Of a stretch of DNA of 64,000 bases, positions 54,677 through 63,818 are shown one piece after another. Each line of letters begins with the position of its first letter. Positions within the stretch are counted from its first letter, which is position 1. Position numbers and translations under genes: made by a program. The notes beneath the pieces are model-generated. The model was not told where the DNA came from and did not search any database. It saw nothing but the letters and a program-made list of their open reading frames with translations. This DNA comes from an uncultured Actinomycetota bacterium (GTDB lineage Bacteria; Actinomycetota; Actinomycetes; Mycobacteriales; Mycobacteriaceae), in NCBI GenBank assembly GCA_963730415.1, contig CAVSSC010000018.1:28273-92272 (forward strand). Direction: 5' to 3'.

Positions 54677-55653
54677 TGCTGGCCCGCAACGCGGAGGCGC
54701 TCTACTGGATCGGTCGATACGTCGAGCGGGCCGACGACACCGCGCGAATCCTGGATGTCGCACTGCACCAACTGCTCGAGGATTCCAGCGTCGATCCCGA
54801 CCAGACGTCTCGGCTGTTGCTGCGGGTGCTGGGTATCGATCCCCCGGACCATGACTTGGACGTCTGGTCGCTGACCGATCTGGTGGCCTACGGCACCGAG
54901 GTTTCCGGTGGGTCCTCGATCGTTGACGCGATCACGGCGGCGCGAGAGAACGCGAAGTCGGCGCGGGAAGTGACATCCAGCGAGATCTGGGAGTGCCTGA
55001 ACACCACATACCATGCCCTGGCCGAACGCGAACGTGCCGCCAAACGCCTCGGGCCACATGAGTTCCTGTCGTTCATCGAGGGCCGGGCGGCGATGTTCGC
55101 CGGACTGGCTGACTCGACGCTGTCACGTGACGACGGATACCGCTTCATGGTGCTCGGCCGCGCGATCGAACGGGTTGACATGACGGTGCGACTGTTGCTG
55201 TCGCGGGTCGGGGACAGCGCGTCGTCCCCAGCGTGGGTGACGCTGTTGCGCTCGGCGGGTGCGCACGACACTTACCTGCGCACTTACCGCGGTGTGCTGG
55301 ATGCAGCGCGGGTGGTCGAGTTCATGCTGCTCGACCGGCTGTTTCCGCGTTCGGTGTTCTACTCGCTGAGACTGGCCGAACACAACCTGGACGAACTCAT
55401 GCACAATCCGCACAGCCGGATCGGGGCCACCACCGAGGCGCAGCGGTTGCTCGGGCAGGCCCGCAGCGAACTGGAATTCGTGCAACCCGGTGCGCTGCTG
55501 GAATCATTGGAGACTCGCTTGGCGGGCTTGCAGCAAACATGCCGCGATGTCGGAGAAGCGTTGTCGCTGCAGTACTTTCACGTCACTCCCTGGGTGGCGT
55601 GGTCGGATGCCGGTCACCGCGGTCGACTGGTCGCCAGGCAAGGAGAAGCCTGA
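54676..55653 (+). CDS. alpha-E domain-containing protein (Rv2410c-like)
   Basis: 325 aa: MLARNAEALYWIGRYVERADDTARILDV... TGATG overlap with the ATP-grasp gene. Confidence 0.85.
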
Positions 55654-56492
55654 TGTGGCGGCTGCGGGTGGTGCACACCACCGGGTACGCCTACCAATCG
55701 CCGGTGACCGCCTCCTACAACGAAGTCCGGCTGACCCCGCGGTCGAACAGCAGGCAAAACGTCATCCTCAACCGTGTCGAGACCATCCCCGCGACCCGGT
55801 CCTACCGCTACATCGACTATTGGGGTACCGCCGTAACGGCATTTGACTTACACGCGCCGCACACCGATCTCACGGTGACGTCTTCGTCGGTCGTCGAGAC
55901 CGATCAGCCAGAGCCGCAGGTGGTCGAGGCCCGCTGGAGCGACCTGCAATCCGAGGCCGTGATCGATCGGTTCGACGAGTTGCTCCGCCCCACCGAGAAC
56001 ACCCCGGCAAGCAAGCGGGTTGCGTCCGTTGCCAAGAAGATCGCCAAAACTCACAAGCCCGCCGAAGCCGTCGTCGCCGCAGCCAACTGGGTGCGCGGCG
56101 AGCTCGATTACCTCCCAGGGACCACCAGCGTGCACTCGTCCGGGCTGGACGCGCTGAACGCGGGAAAGGGTGTCTGCCAGGACATCGTGCACCTGTCGCT
56201 AATGGTGTTGCGCAGCATGGGAATTCCCGCACATTACGTGTCGGGTTACTTGCACCCCAAACGTCACGCCATCGTAGGGGATACGGTGGACGGGCGAAGT
56301 CACGCCTGGATTGAGGCTTGGACCGGTGCTTGGTGGAGCTATGACCCCACCAACGAAACCGAGATCACCGAGCAGTACGTCAGCGTTGGTGAGGGCCGCG
56401 ACTACGCCGATGTTTCCCCGTTGAAAGGTATCTACTCTGGGGAGGGGGCAACCGACCTCGACGTGATCGTGGAGGTCACCCGGCTGGCTTAG
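55653..56492 (+). CDS. transglutaminase-like cysteine peptidase-fold protein (Rv2409c-like)
   Basis: 279 aa from ATG 55653 (TGATG overlap). Bact_transglu_N-like N-terminus (MWRLRVVHTTGYAY) and a core with GKGVCQD...HAW...DPTN (Cys-His-Asp). Confidence 0.87.
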   Translation: MWRLRVVHTTGYAYQSPVTASYNEVRLTPRSNSRQNVILNRVETIPATRSYRYIDYWGTAVTAFDLHAPHTDLTVTSSSVVETDQPEPQVVEARWSDLQSEAVIDRFDELLRPTENTPASKRVASVAKKIAKTHKPAEAVVAAANWVRGELDYLPGTTSVHSSGLDALNAGKGVCQDIVHLSLMVLRSMGIPAHYVSGYLHPKRHAIVGDTVDGRSHAWIEAWTGAWWSYDPTNETEITEQYVSVGEGRDYADVSPLKGIYSGEGATDLDVIVEVTRLA

Positions 56493-56994
56493 CTCCGGGA
56501 TCGGGCAATCGGGCCAGTGTGCGGTATCCGGGGTGGACATGCGGTGCCAGACCCTGCTGTTGTGCCACCGCGGTAAGCAGGCCGCGCAGTGCGCCGCATT
56601 GTTCAGGGTCAAGCGCGGCGGTGAGCACGAGCTCGTGCTGGCGCGCGAGCTGGGAAAGCTTGCGCATCAGCCTTTTTCCCGCAGCAGTGAGGTACAGAGC
56701 GTGCAGTCGGCGGTCGTCGGGGTTGCGGCGACGCTCGACATAACCGCGCTCCTCGAGTTCGTCGACGTAGACGACGACACGGCTGGGCAACATACCCAAT
56801 TGAGTGCTGAGGGCCTGCTGGCTGCGGCCGGGGTCGGCGGCGATGGCGCGCAGTATTCCCGCGCGGGGCGGCGTCAAATCGATAGTGGCCACCTGTTCGG
56901 CGAATAGCGTCGCGGCGTGATGGCCGAGTTGGGCTAGCAGGAACGCCACGCCATCGGGGCGGTCGTCGCTGGCTGCGGTTGATGACACCGCCAC
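56476..56994 (-). CDS. MarR-family transcriptional regulator
   Basis: 172 aa with a wHTH (QQALSTQLGMLPSRVVVYVDELEERGYVERRRNPDDRR). The 3' end overlaps the convergent gene by 17 nt. Confidence 0.88.
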   Translation of the reverse strand: MAVSSTAASDDRPDGVAFLLAQLGHHAATLFAEQVATIDLTPPRAGILRAIAADPGRSQQALSTQLGMLPSRVVVYVDELEERGYVERRRNPDDRRLHALYLTAAGKRLMRKLSQLARQHELVLTAALDPEQCGALRGLLTAVAQQQGLAPHVHPGYRTLARLPDPGAKPAG

Positions 56995-57007
56995 ATCATA
57001 GTCTTTG

Positions 57008-57021
57008 CGAATAATTCTTCG
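57008..57021. promoter_or_regulatory. candidate MarR operator (CGAAtAATTcTTCG)
   Basis: 12 of 14 positions are palindromic. The AT-rich element sits in the divergent MarR / membrane-protein intergenic region. Confidence 0.25.
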
Positions 57022-57077
57022 AGTGAATCTTCCCGAAGGTCTTGCCGCTAAGCGCCCTCAGGCATACCGTTCATTCC

Positions 57078-57827
57078 ATGAACGATTCATCAGCAGATAC
57101 AACTCGGCCGGTTTCGAGTCGCCGCCGGCAAGGGGGACCGCCGTTGGTACTGCTTTCCGCGGTTTGTGTCGGGCTGCTCTTCGGTGGACTTGCCATAGGA
57201 GTCGCCCTGGGCGGCGTGATGCCGTTGCCGTACGGCCCGCTGACCGCTGTTGTGGCGTACGTCCGCGCCCAGCCGGTCGCCGTGCAAGTCATCGCCACTG
57301 CGGCGTTCGCGTCGTCGGTGCCGTTGGCGATCTACGCGGCGACGGCCAGTACCCGGTTGAGGCAACTTGGAGTTACCGCGCCGGGAGCCACGATCGCGCT
57401 CACGGGCGGCACCTTGGCGGCCGGCGCGCTGGGTCTGGCCGGATTGTTGGCCTGGACGTTGTCACGACCGGAACTCAGTACGGATACGGCGCTGGTTAGG
57501 GCGGTCTACTTGCTGGTGTTTTTGGTCGGCGGCCCGGGGCACATCGTCGCCTTGGGCCTGCTGGTCGCTGGGATGGCGGTGCCCAGCCTCATCCTGGGAT
57601 TGACGCCGAGACCAGTCGCGTGGATCGGCGTGGGGACTGCCGCCCTTTGCGAGTTGACGACGGTGGTGTTGGTCTGGCCGGAACTGGGCGTGATTTTGCC
57701 GATCGCACGGGTCTTGGCGTTGATATGGCTGGTGGTGGCCGGGGCGCTATTGCCGGTGCGGCGCAACGATATTCGGCATCCCCGCAAGCGATCGCCGCGC
57801 CCGGCGGGCGCCTCGATCGGTGGATGA
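57078..57827 (+). CDS. polytopic membrane protein of unknown function
   Basis: About 249 aa from ATG 57078, with about six hydrophobic helices. It is divergent from the MarR gene. Confidence 0.65.
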   Translation: MNDSSADTTRPVSSRRRQGGPPLVLLSAVCVGLLFGGLAIGVALGGVMPLPYGPLTAVVAYVRAQPVAVQVIATAAFASSVPLAIYAATASTRLRQLGVTAPGATIALTGGTLAAGALGLAGLLAWTLSRPELSTDTALVRAVYLLVFLVGGPGHIVALGLLVAGMAVPSLILGLTPRPVAWIGVGTAALCELTTVVLVWPELGVILPIARVLALIWLVVAGALLPVRRNDIRHPRKRSPRPAGASIGG

Positions 57828-57830
57828 TGG

Positions 57831-58670
57831 CTACGGTGCGTCGACCTCAACCCGGTGCAGGTCGTCGCCGAGCTCGATCCGCCCGCCGAACTCGGCAGCC
57901 GCCAGCGCCCGCCACTGTTCTTCTTGACCCGGCACCAGCGCCGGCACATAGTGCGTCATGACGAGGGTGCCCACATCCGCGCGGGCCGCGGTTGCTGCCG
58001 CTTCTTCTACCGACGAGTGGTAGTCGCAGATGTCCTTGAGACGCTGTTGCGGGATGTTGATGACGATGTCCTTGCGGATCACGGTGTGCACCAATGCGCC
58101 GGCGCCGGCTGCCAGCTCGTCCAGGCTGGCGCAGGGCACCGTGTCCCCGGCGAGCACCACCGACGCTGTCCCGTATTCGATGCGGAACCCGATGGTCGGC
58201 GCCACGGGCCGGTGATCGGTCGGGGCCACCCGGATCGATACGCCGTCGCGGTCCCACACCGGACCTTCGGTGTATTCGTGGACCTCGACCGCTGGCGGCG
58301 CATTCAGATCGGCATGATGAGCGATCCGGTAACCGATGTCGTCGCGGAACGCCTTTAGCGTCGCCTCGACCGTCTCCGCGGTGCCGGGCGGTCCGATGAT
58401 CGGCAGCGGCGCGGGATCAGGCCCGAAGGTGCTGATCCAACGTGTGATGAGGACGTCGCCGAGGTCGCCGATGTGGTCGCTGTGCAGGTGAGTGAGCAGC
58501 AGCGCCGACAACCCGCTGGCGCCCACGCCGACTGCCGCCGCGCGCTGCAGCACTCCGCGCCCGCAATCCACCAAGAACACCTGCCCGCCGGCCCGCACTA
58601 GAGTCGACGGCCCGGCGCGGTTCGGGTCGGGGATCGGGCTTCCGGTTCCCAGCAGCGTGATCTCGATCAT
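57831..58670 (-). CDS. rnz: metallo-beta-lactamase fold ribonuclease Z-like protein
   Basis: 279 aa from ATG 58670 ([16 protein letters not shown]...) with the HLHSDH metal motif. The track ORF is over-extended. Confidence 0.85.
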   Translation of the reverse strand: MIEITLLGTGSPIPDPNRAGPSTLVRAGGQVFLVDCGRGVLQRAAAVGVGASGLSALLLTHLHSDHIGDLGDVLITRWISTFGPDPAPLPIIGPPGTAETVEATLKAFRDDIGYRIAHHADLNAPPAVEVHEYTEGPVWDRDGVSIRVAPTDHRPVAPTIGFRIEYGTASVVLAGDTVPCASLDELAAGAGALVHTVIRKDIVINIPQQRLKDICDYHSSVEEAAATAARADVGTLVMTHYVPALVPGQEEQWRALAAAEFGGRIELGDDLHRVEVDAP

Positions 58671-58905
58671 GGCCCTATCTTGCAAGCCGCACCCGCGCGC
58701 GGTGGCCCAATCGCCTGATCCAGCCGGCGCACGACCGGATTCCGTCCTCACGCTGCAGCGGCGAATGCGCCGATCGCCGTCGCGTTTCAACCGTCGACGT
58801 CAGGGTATGGACACAATCGGGTTGCCGGTTCTCGTGGTGGCTTTCCCGCCGCGCGAGTTAGCCGTAGCCTGGTGTGGAGCGGATCACAACCGGCTGGAGG
58901 CCTTG

Positions 58906-59334
58906 ATGCGGATTGCGGACGTCTTGCGGAATAAGGGCGCGGCGGTGGTGACCATCAACCCGGATGCGACGGTCCGTGAGTTGCTCGCCGGCCTCGCCGA
59001 TCAGAACATCGGCGCCATGGTGGTAGTCGGCGCCGAGGGCGTCGTTGGCATCGTGTCGGAGCGCGACGTCGTGCGCCAGCTGCACACACATGGCGCCAGC
59101 GTGCTGTCTCGCCCGGTGTCCAAGATCATGACCGCCACGGTTGCCACCTGCACGAAGTCCGACACGGTTGACTCCGTTAGCGTGCTGATGACGAAAAACC
59201 GGGTGCGCCATGTGCCGGTGCTGGACGGGAAAAAGCTGATCGGCATCGTCAGCATCGGTGACGTGGTGAAGACCCGAATGGAAGAACTCGAGGCCGAGCA
59301 GCAGCAGCTGCAGTCCTACATCACGCAAGGCTGA
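58906..59334 (+). CDS. CBS domain pair protein (Rv2406c-like)
   Basis: 142 aa from ATG 58906, 5 nt after ggagg. Two CBS repeats (GIVSERDVV..., GIVSIGDVV...). Confidence 0.88.
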   Translation: MRIADVLRNKGAAVVTINPDATVRELLAGLADQNIGAMVVVGAEGVVGIVSERDVVRQLHTHGASVLSRPVSKIMTATVATCTKSDTVDSVSVLMTKNRVRHVPVLDGKKLIGIVSIGDVVKTRMEELEAEQQQLQSYITQG

Positions 59335-59342
59335 TTGCCCGG

Positions 59343-59374
59343 CTCGCCGCCTCGCCGCCTCGCCGCTTCGCGGC
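59343..59374. repeat. octanucleotide tandem repeat (ctcgccgc x3 plus a diverged copy ttcgcggc)
   Basis: Read directly between the convergent CBS and PemK-like genes. The last units form a small hairpin gccgc-ttc-gcggc. Confidence 0.8.
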
Positions 59375-59396
59375 TGGCATTGTCGCGGGGCGGCCC

Positions 59397-59999
59397 TCAG
59401 TGCCAGGAGTAGTCCGCGCGTAACCGGGCGGCCACCACATCGAAGATTTCGCGATCCAGAATTGCGCCCTCGCGGCGAATACCCTCCTCGGGCACGTCGA
59501 GCACCCGGTCCAACCGGACCCAGCTTTCTCTGCCTTCGTAATCCCAAGTACCAGAACCGATCGCAACCCAGTCCGGGTCGGTGGCGTAGTGCTCCTGGCT
59601 GGACAACATCAACCCCAGCAGGACGCTGCGGTCACGCCCCACGACGAGGACGGGCCGGTCTTTGCCGCGGGTGGGATCGTCCTCGTAGACCACCCACGTC
59701 CAGACGATCTCCCCGGGATCGGCCCGACCATCAAGATTCGGTGCGTACACCAGCTTGCGGGCCCGCTGCGCGGTGGGGAAGCTGGTGCTGGTCACCGGTC
59801 GGCCCGCGGTGACCGCGGCAGGTGGTTGCGGCGCGGCGGCGGCGATAACGGTCGCGGTGATCTTCACGGCTTGCTGGAGTTCTCGCAGGACGGTCTGCGA
59901 GTTCTGCACGTGCCGGGCGAGCCGCGGAGCCCCGTTGAAAACAAGGTTCTCGGCAAACCGCTGAAACGTCTTCCACTGTGATTTCCGGGCAGACGCCAT
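59397..59999 (-). CDS. conserved protein with C-terminal PemK/MazF-like (SH3-barrel) fold and an approximately 90-aa N-terminal extension (Rv2405-like)
   Basis: 200 aa. The C-terminal PGEIVWTWVVYEDDPTRGKDRPVLVVGR...SWVRLDRVLDV resembles the PemK/MazF toxin core. The functional call is tentative. Confidence 0.5.
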   Translation of the reverse strand: MASARKSQWKTFQRFAENLVFNGAPRLARHVQNSQTVLRELQQAVKITATVIAAAAPQPPAAVTAGRPVTSTSFPTAQRARKLVYAPNLDGRADPGEIVWTWVVYEDDPTRGKDRPVLVVGRDRSVLLGLMLSSQEHYATDPDWVAIGSGTWDYEGRESWVRLDRVLDVPEEGIRREGAILDREIFDVVAARLRADYSWH

Positions 60000-60147
60000 A
60001 TTCGCAGCATAGACGGGAGCGGCCGGGTCCGATTGTGTCCAAGTGTGTCCCGGCCACCCTGCATAGATACGCTGGACATGCTCGCGAACCGCCGCTCGAA
60101 GCAGCTGCGAAGCGCCCTACAGAACATCAGTCCATCAGGAGATTCCC

Positions 60148-62019
60148 ATCAGCAGTTTCGCCGACAAGACCTTCACCGCGCCGGCGCAGATTCGGAATTT
60201 CTGCATCATCGCTCACATCGACCACGGCAAGTCCACGCTGGCGGACCGGATGCTGCAGCTCACTGGTGTCGTCGATGAGCGATCGATGCGTGCCCAGTAC
60301 CTGGACCGGATGGACATCGAGCGGGAGCGGGGGATCACCATCAAGGCGCAGAATGTCCGGCTGCCGTGGAAAGTATCCGGCGGTCCAGAAAAAGGTGTTG
60401 CCGCCGGTGACTATGTTCTGCACCTGATCGATACCCCAGGGCACGTCGACTTCACCTACGAGGTGTCGCGCGCGCTGGAGGCCTGTGAGGGCGCGGTACT
60501 GCTGGTCGACGCCGCCCAGGGCATCGAAGCTCAGACGCTGGCCAATCTCTACCTGGCGCTGGACCGCGACCTGACCGTCATCCCGGTGCTCAACAAGATC
60601 GACCTGCCGGCCGCCGATCCGGACCGCTACGCAGGTGAGCTCGCCCACATCATCGGCTGCGAGCCGAACGACGTGCTGCGGGTGTCCGGCAAAACCGGCG
60701 AGGGCGTGGCCCACCTTCTCGACGAGGTGGTCCGGCAGGTGCCGCCCCCGCAAGGGGACGCCGACGCGCCGCTGCGCGCGATGATCTTCGACTCCGTCTA
60801 CGACATCTACCGCGGTGTGGTGACCTACGTCCGCGTGGTGGACGGCAAGATCACCCCGCGTGAGCGCATCTTGATGATGTCTACCGGCGCCACCCACGAA
60901 CTGCTCGAGGTCGGCATCGTCTCGCCCGAACCGAAGCCCAGCGACGGCCTGGGCGTGGGGGAGGTGGGCTACCTGATCACCGGAGTTAAGGACGTCCGCC
61001 AATCCAAGGTTGGAGACACCGTGACGACGGCCCGCAACGGTGCCGCCCAAGCGCTGACCGGCTACCGCGAACCCAAGCCGATGGTCTATTCGGGGCTCTA
61101 TCCCGTCGACGGTTCGGACTATCCGGATCTGCGCGACGCCCTGGACAGGCTGCAGCTCAACGACGCGGCCCTGACCTACGAGCCGGAGACTTCAGTGGCG
61201 TTGGGCTTTGGGTTTCGGTGTGGCTTCCTGGGCTTGCTGCACATGGAGATCACCCGGGAGCGCCTGGAGCGAGAGTTCGATCTGGACCTGATCTCGACGT
61301 CGCCGAACGTCGTATACCGGGTGATCTTGGAGGGCGGGGCAGATGACGGCATTCTCGTGACCAACCCGTCCGACTGGCCGGAGGGCAAAATCCGCACGGT
61401 TTATGAGCCCGTGGTCAAGACCACCATCATCGCGCCCAGCGAGTTCATCGGCACCATCATGGAACTGTGTCAGTCGCGCCGCGGCGAGCTGGGGGGAATG
61501 GATTATCTGTCGCCCGAGCGAGTTGAACTGCGCTACACGATGCCGCTCGGCGAGATCATCTTCGACTTCTTCGACTCACTGAAGTCGCGCACCCGCGGCT
61601 ATGCCAGCCTCGACTATGAGGAGGCCGGCGAGCAGGAGGCCCAACTGGTCAAGGTCGACATCTTGTTGCAGGGTGAGCCGGTCGACGCGTTCAGCGCGAT
61701 TGTGCACAAGGATTCGGCGTTCGCCTACGGCAACAAGATGACCACCAAACTCAAAGAACTGATCCCGCGCCAGCAGTTCGAGGTGCCGGTGCAGGCGGCC
61801 ATCGGATCGAAAATCATTGCACGCGAAAATATCCGCGCCATCCGAAAGGACGTGCTGTCCAAGTGCTACGGCGGTGACATCACCCGCAAACGCAAACTTC
61901 TGGAAAAGCAGAAGGAAGGCAAGAAGCGGATGAAGACTATCGGGCGAGTGGATGTGCCGCAGGAGGCCTTCGTTGCGGCGTTATCGACCGACGCCGCGGG
62001 CGACAAGGGCAAGAAGTAG
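60148..62019 (+). CDS. lepA: elongation factor 4 (LepA); 5' end unresolved
   Basis: The G-domain P-loop AHIDHGKST (60211-60237) lies upstream of the first ATG (60250). The frame is open back to TAG at 60064 with no ATG, GTG or TTG. AGGAG (60137-60141) lies 6 nt before ATC 60148, which I take as a provisional start. The remainder is typical LepA through ...AAGDKGKK. Confidence 0.85.
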   Translation: MSSFADKTFTAPAQIRNFCIIAHIDHGKSTLADRMLQLTGVVDERSMRAQYLDRMDIERERGITIKAQNVRLPWKVSGGPEKGVAAGDYVLHLIDTPGHVDFTYEVSRALEACEGAVLLVDAAQGIEAQTLANLYLALDRDLTVIPVLNKIDLPAADPDRYAGELAHIIGCEPNDVLRVSGKTGEGVAHLLDEVVRQVPPPQGDADAPLRAMIFDSVYDIYRGVVTYVRVVDGKITPRERILMMSTGATHELLEVGIVSPEPKPSDGLGVGEVGYLITGVKDVRQSKVGDTVTTARNGAAQALTGYREPKPMVYSGLYPVDGSDYPDLRDALDRLQLNDAALTYEPETSVALGFGFRCGFLGLLHMEITRERLEREFDLDLISTSPNVVYRVILEGGADDGILVTNPSDWPEGKIRTVYEPVVKTTIIAPSEFIGTIMELCQSRRGELGGMDYLSPERVELRYTMPLGEIIFDFFDSLKSRTRGYASLDYEEAGEQEAQLVKVDILLQGEPVDAFSAIVHKDSAFAYGNKMTTKLKELIPRQQFEVPVQAAIGSKIIARENIRAIRKDVLSKCYGGDITRKRKLLEKQKEGKKRMKTIGRVDVPQEAFVAALSTDAAGDKGKK

Positions 62020-62029
62020 CCGCGAACGC

Positions 62030-62818
62030 ATGAGAAGCCGTCGGTGCGTCATGGCCTTCTTATTGGTCGTCGTGCTGGCCACCGGCTGCACCTCCGTCGT
62101 CGCCGGCAATGCGCGACCCGCCGCGGGATTGAAGCCGCGACCAGTCACCGGGCAAACCGTCATGCGGGTGCTCCTCGACGGCGGTGAGCTGTCGAAGCTT
62201 CTCGGCCAGTCCTTTACAGCTAAGTCGGAAATTCCATCGCGGTTCGGCGGTCCCGAGATGTTGCAGCCGGCCTTTGGAGTGGTTTCGCCTGTCGACTGTG
62301 TGGGCGTCACCACGATGATGGAGAAGAGCGCCTACCAATCCGGCCAAGTCAAAAATGTCGCGCGGGAGGCGTGGTGGAACCTCCGCGGGCCGGCGAAAGT
62401 GATCAGTGTGGCGGAGGGTGTGGTCGCTTTGTCCACCGCCGCCGAGGCCAGCGCGCTCTTCGAGAAGTTCTCGCAGCGATGGGACAACTGCGATGGCACG
62501 ACTGTGACCATTGAGCGCCCCAGCATCATCATTGACCGCGCCGGCATCAGCTTCTCGGACAAGATCTCCGACGTGCGTGTTGCCGATTCTGTACTCGCGG
62601 CAACCGTTTCGATTGAAACACGATTGTCCGGCTCGCCGCCGATCGGACCCAGGCCAGCAGCGCGAGCCATTGGCGTCCGAGGGAATTGCCTCGTCGAAGT
62701 CGATGTGGCGTTTTTCAGTACGCAAAGCCCGACGGACCCCGGGTCGGGCCCCGATATGAACACCAGCGCCGTTGACATCGCGCACGCCATGATGGACAAA
62801 GTCAGTGCACTGAGCTGA
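62030..62818 (+). CDS. lppR: lipoprotein with PknH-like extracellular sensor domain (LppR-like), copy 1
   Basis: ATG 62030 lies 11 nt after the lepA stop. The signal peptide has the lipobox LATGC. The mature domain contains conserved Cys residues (PVDCVGV, NCDG, GNCLVEV). Confidence 0.85.
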   Translation: MRSRRCVMAFLLVVVLATGCTSVVAGNARPAAGLKPRPVTGQTVMRVLLDGGELSKLLGQSFTAKSEIPSRFGGPEMLQPAFGVVSPVDCVGVTTMMEKSAYQSGQVKNVAREAWWNLRGPAKVISVAEGVVALSTAAEASALFEKFSQRWDNCDGTTVTIERPSIIIDRAGISFSDKISDVRVADSVLAATVSIETRLSGSPPIGPRPAARAIGVRGNCLVEVDVAFFSTQSPTDPGSGPDMNTSAVDIAHAMMDKVSALS

Positions 62819-62859
62819 CGCGGCGCCGAGCCATGAACCTGAGACGTCGCTGGTGTTGG

Positions 62860-63043
62860 GCTGTGTCTTCGGTGTGGCTTACGGCGGTCACCTCACCCAT
62901 AAACGTAAACTGCTGGTCAAGCAGAAGGTAAGGCAAGAAGCCGATGGAGAGCATCTGGAAGGTCGAGGTGCCCCAGGACGCGCTTGTCGCCGCGTTGTCC
63001 ACTAGACGCCGCGGGAGACGAGGGCGGGAACTGCGATGACCGC
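62860..63043 (+). pseudogene. degenerate copy of the lepA 3' terminus (duplication scar)
   Basis: ggcttacggcggtcacctcacccataaacgtaaactgctggtcaagcagaaggtaaggcaagaag...gacgccgcgggagacgagggc aligns by eye with lepA 61866-62019 (ctacggcggtgacatcacccgcaaacgcaaacttctggaaaagcagaaggaaggcaagaag...gacgccgcgggcgacaagggc). The reading frame is broken. Confidence 0.75.
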
Positions 63044-63802
63044 ATGAGAAGCCGCTGGTGCCTCGCGGCCCTGCTGACAGTCGTGATGTTGGTCGCGGGC
63101 TGCGGCGTGACGGTCGGCGGCACAGCACAGCCGGCACCGAACTTGACGCCGCGATCCCTTGGTGGGCAAACCATCAAGCGGGTGCTGCTCGGCAAGAGTG
63201 CGCTGTCGCGAATTGTTAAGCAGCCCTTAAACGTTGATCCTCGTTTTCCACCGAGTTTTGGGGGCCCCGAGACGTTGCAGGGCGATAGATCGGCCTGGCC
63301 CGTCGACTGCATCGGAGTCGCAGTGATGATGCAGCAAAGCGTCTACCAAGCCAGCGACGTCAAAAACGTCGCGGTTGAGACGTGGCGGCCCGCTGCCATG
63401 TCCGCAGCGGTGACCAGGGTAAAGGAGGGCGTAGTCAGCTTGCCCACGGCCGCCGACGCCAACGCCCTGTTCGCGAAATTCTCCCAGCAGTGGCAAAGAT
63501 GCGATGGCAAGACGCTGCCCTTGTCGACCGGGATGTTCGGGCTTAAGGTGAAAGTCACTAACGTACAAATTGCCACTTCTGTTCTCGCGGCAACTATTTC
63601 GATCGAGTCGAACTTGCCCGGCTTGAATTCGGCATCCGTTCCAGCAGGGCGCGCTATCGGTGTGCGGGGCAATTGCCTTATCGAGGTCGAGGTCGACTTT
63701 CTTAATACACCAAACCCGTCGCTCCAAGGACCAGACGATATCAACACCAGCGCGCTGGACATTGCGCAAATCATGAGGGACAAAGTCAGCGCGCTGAGCT
63801 GA
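63044..63802 (+). CDS. lipoprotein with PknH-like extracellular sensor domain (LppR-like), copy 2
   Basis: ATG 63044. Lipobox LVAGC. It is colinear with copy 1 at roughly half identical residues, and both end in the same C-terminus DKVSALS. Confidence 0.85.
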   Translation: MRSRWCLAALLTVVMLVAGCGVTVGGTAQPAPNLTPRSLGGQTIKRVLLGKSALSRIVKQPLNVDPRFPPSFGGPETLQGDRSAWPVDCIGVAVMMQQSVYQASDVKNVAVETWRPAAMSAAVTRVKEGVVSLPTAADANALFAKFSQQWQRCDGKTLPLSTGMFGLKVKVTNVQIATSVLAATISIESNLPGLNSASVPAGRAIGVRGNCLIEVEVDFLNTPNPSLQGPDDINTSALDIAQIMRDKVSALS

Positions 63803-63818
63803 CGCAGGGCCGCCGTGG

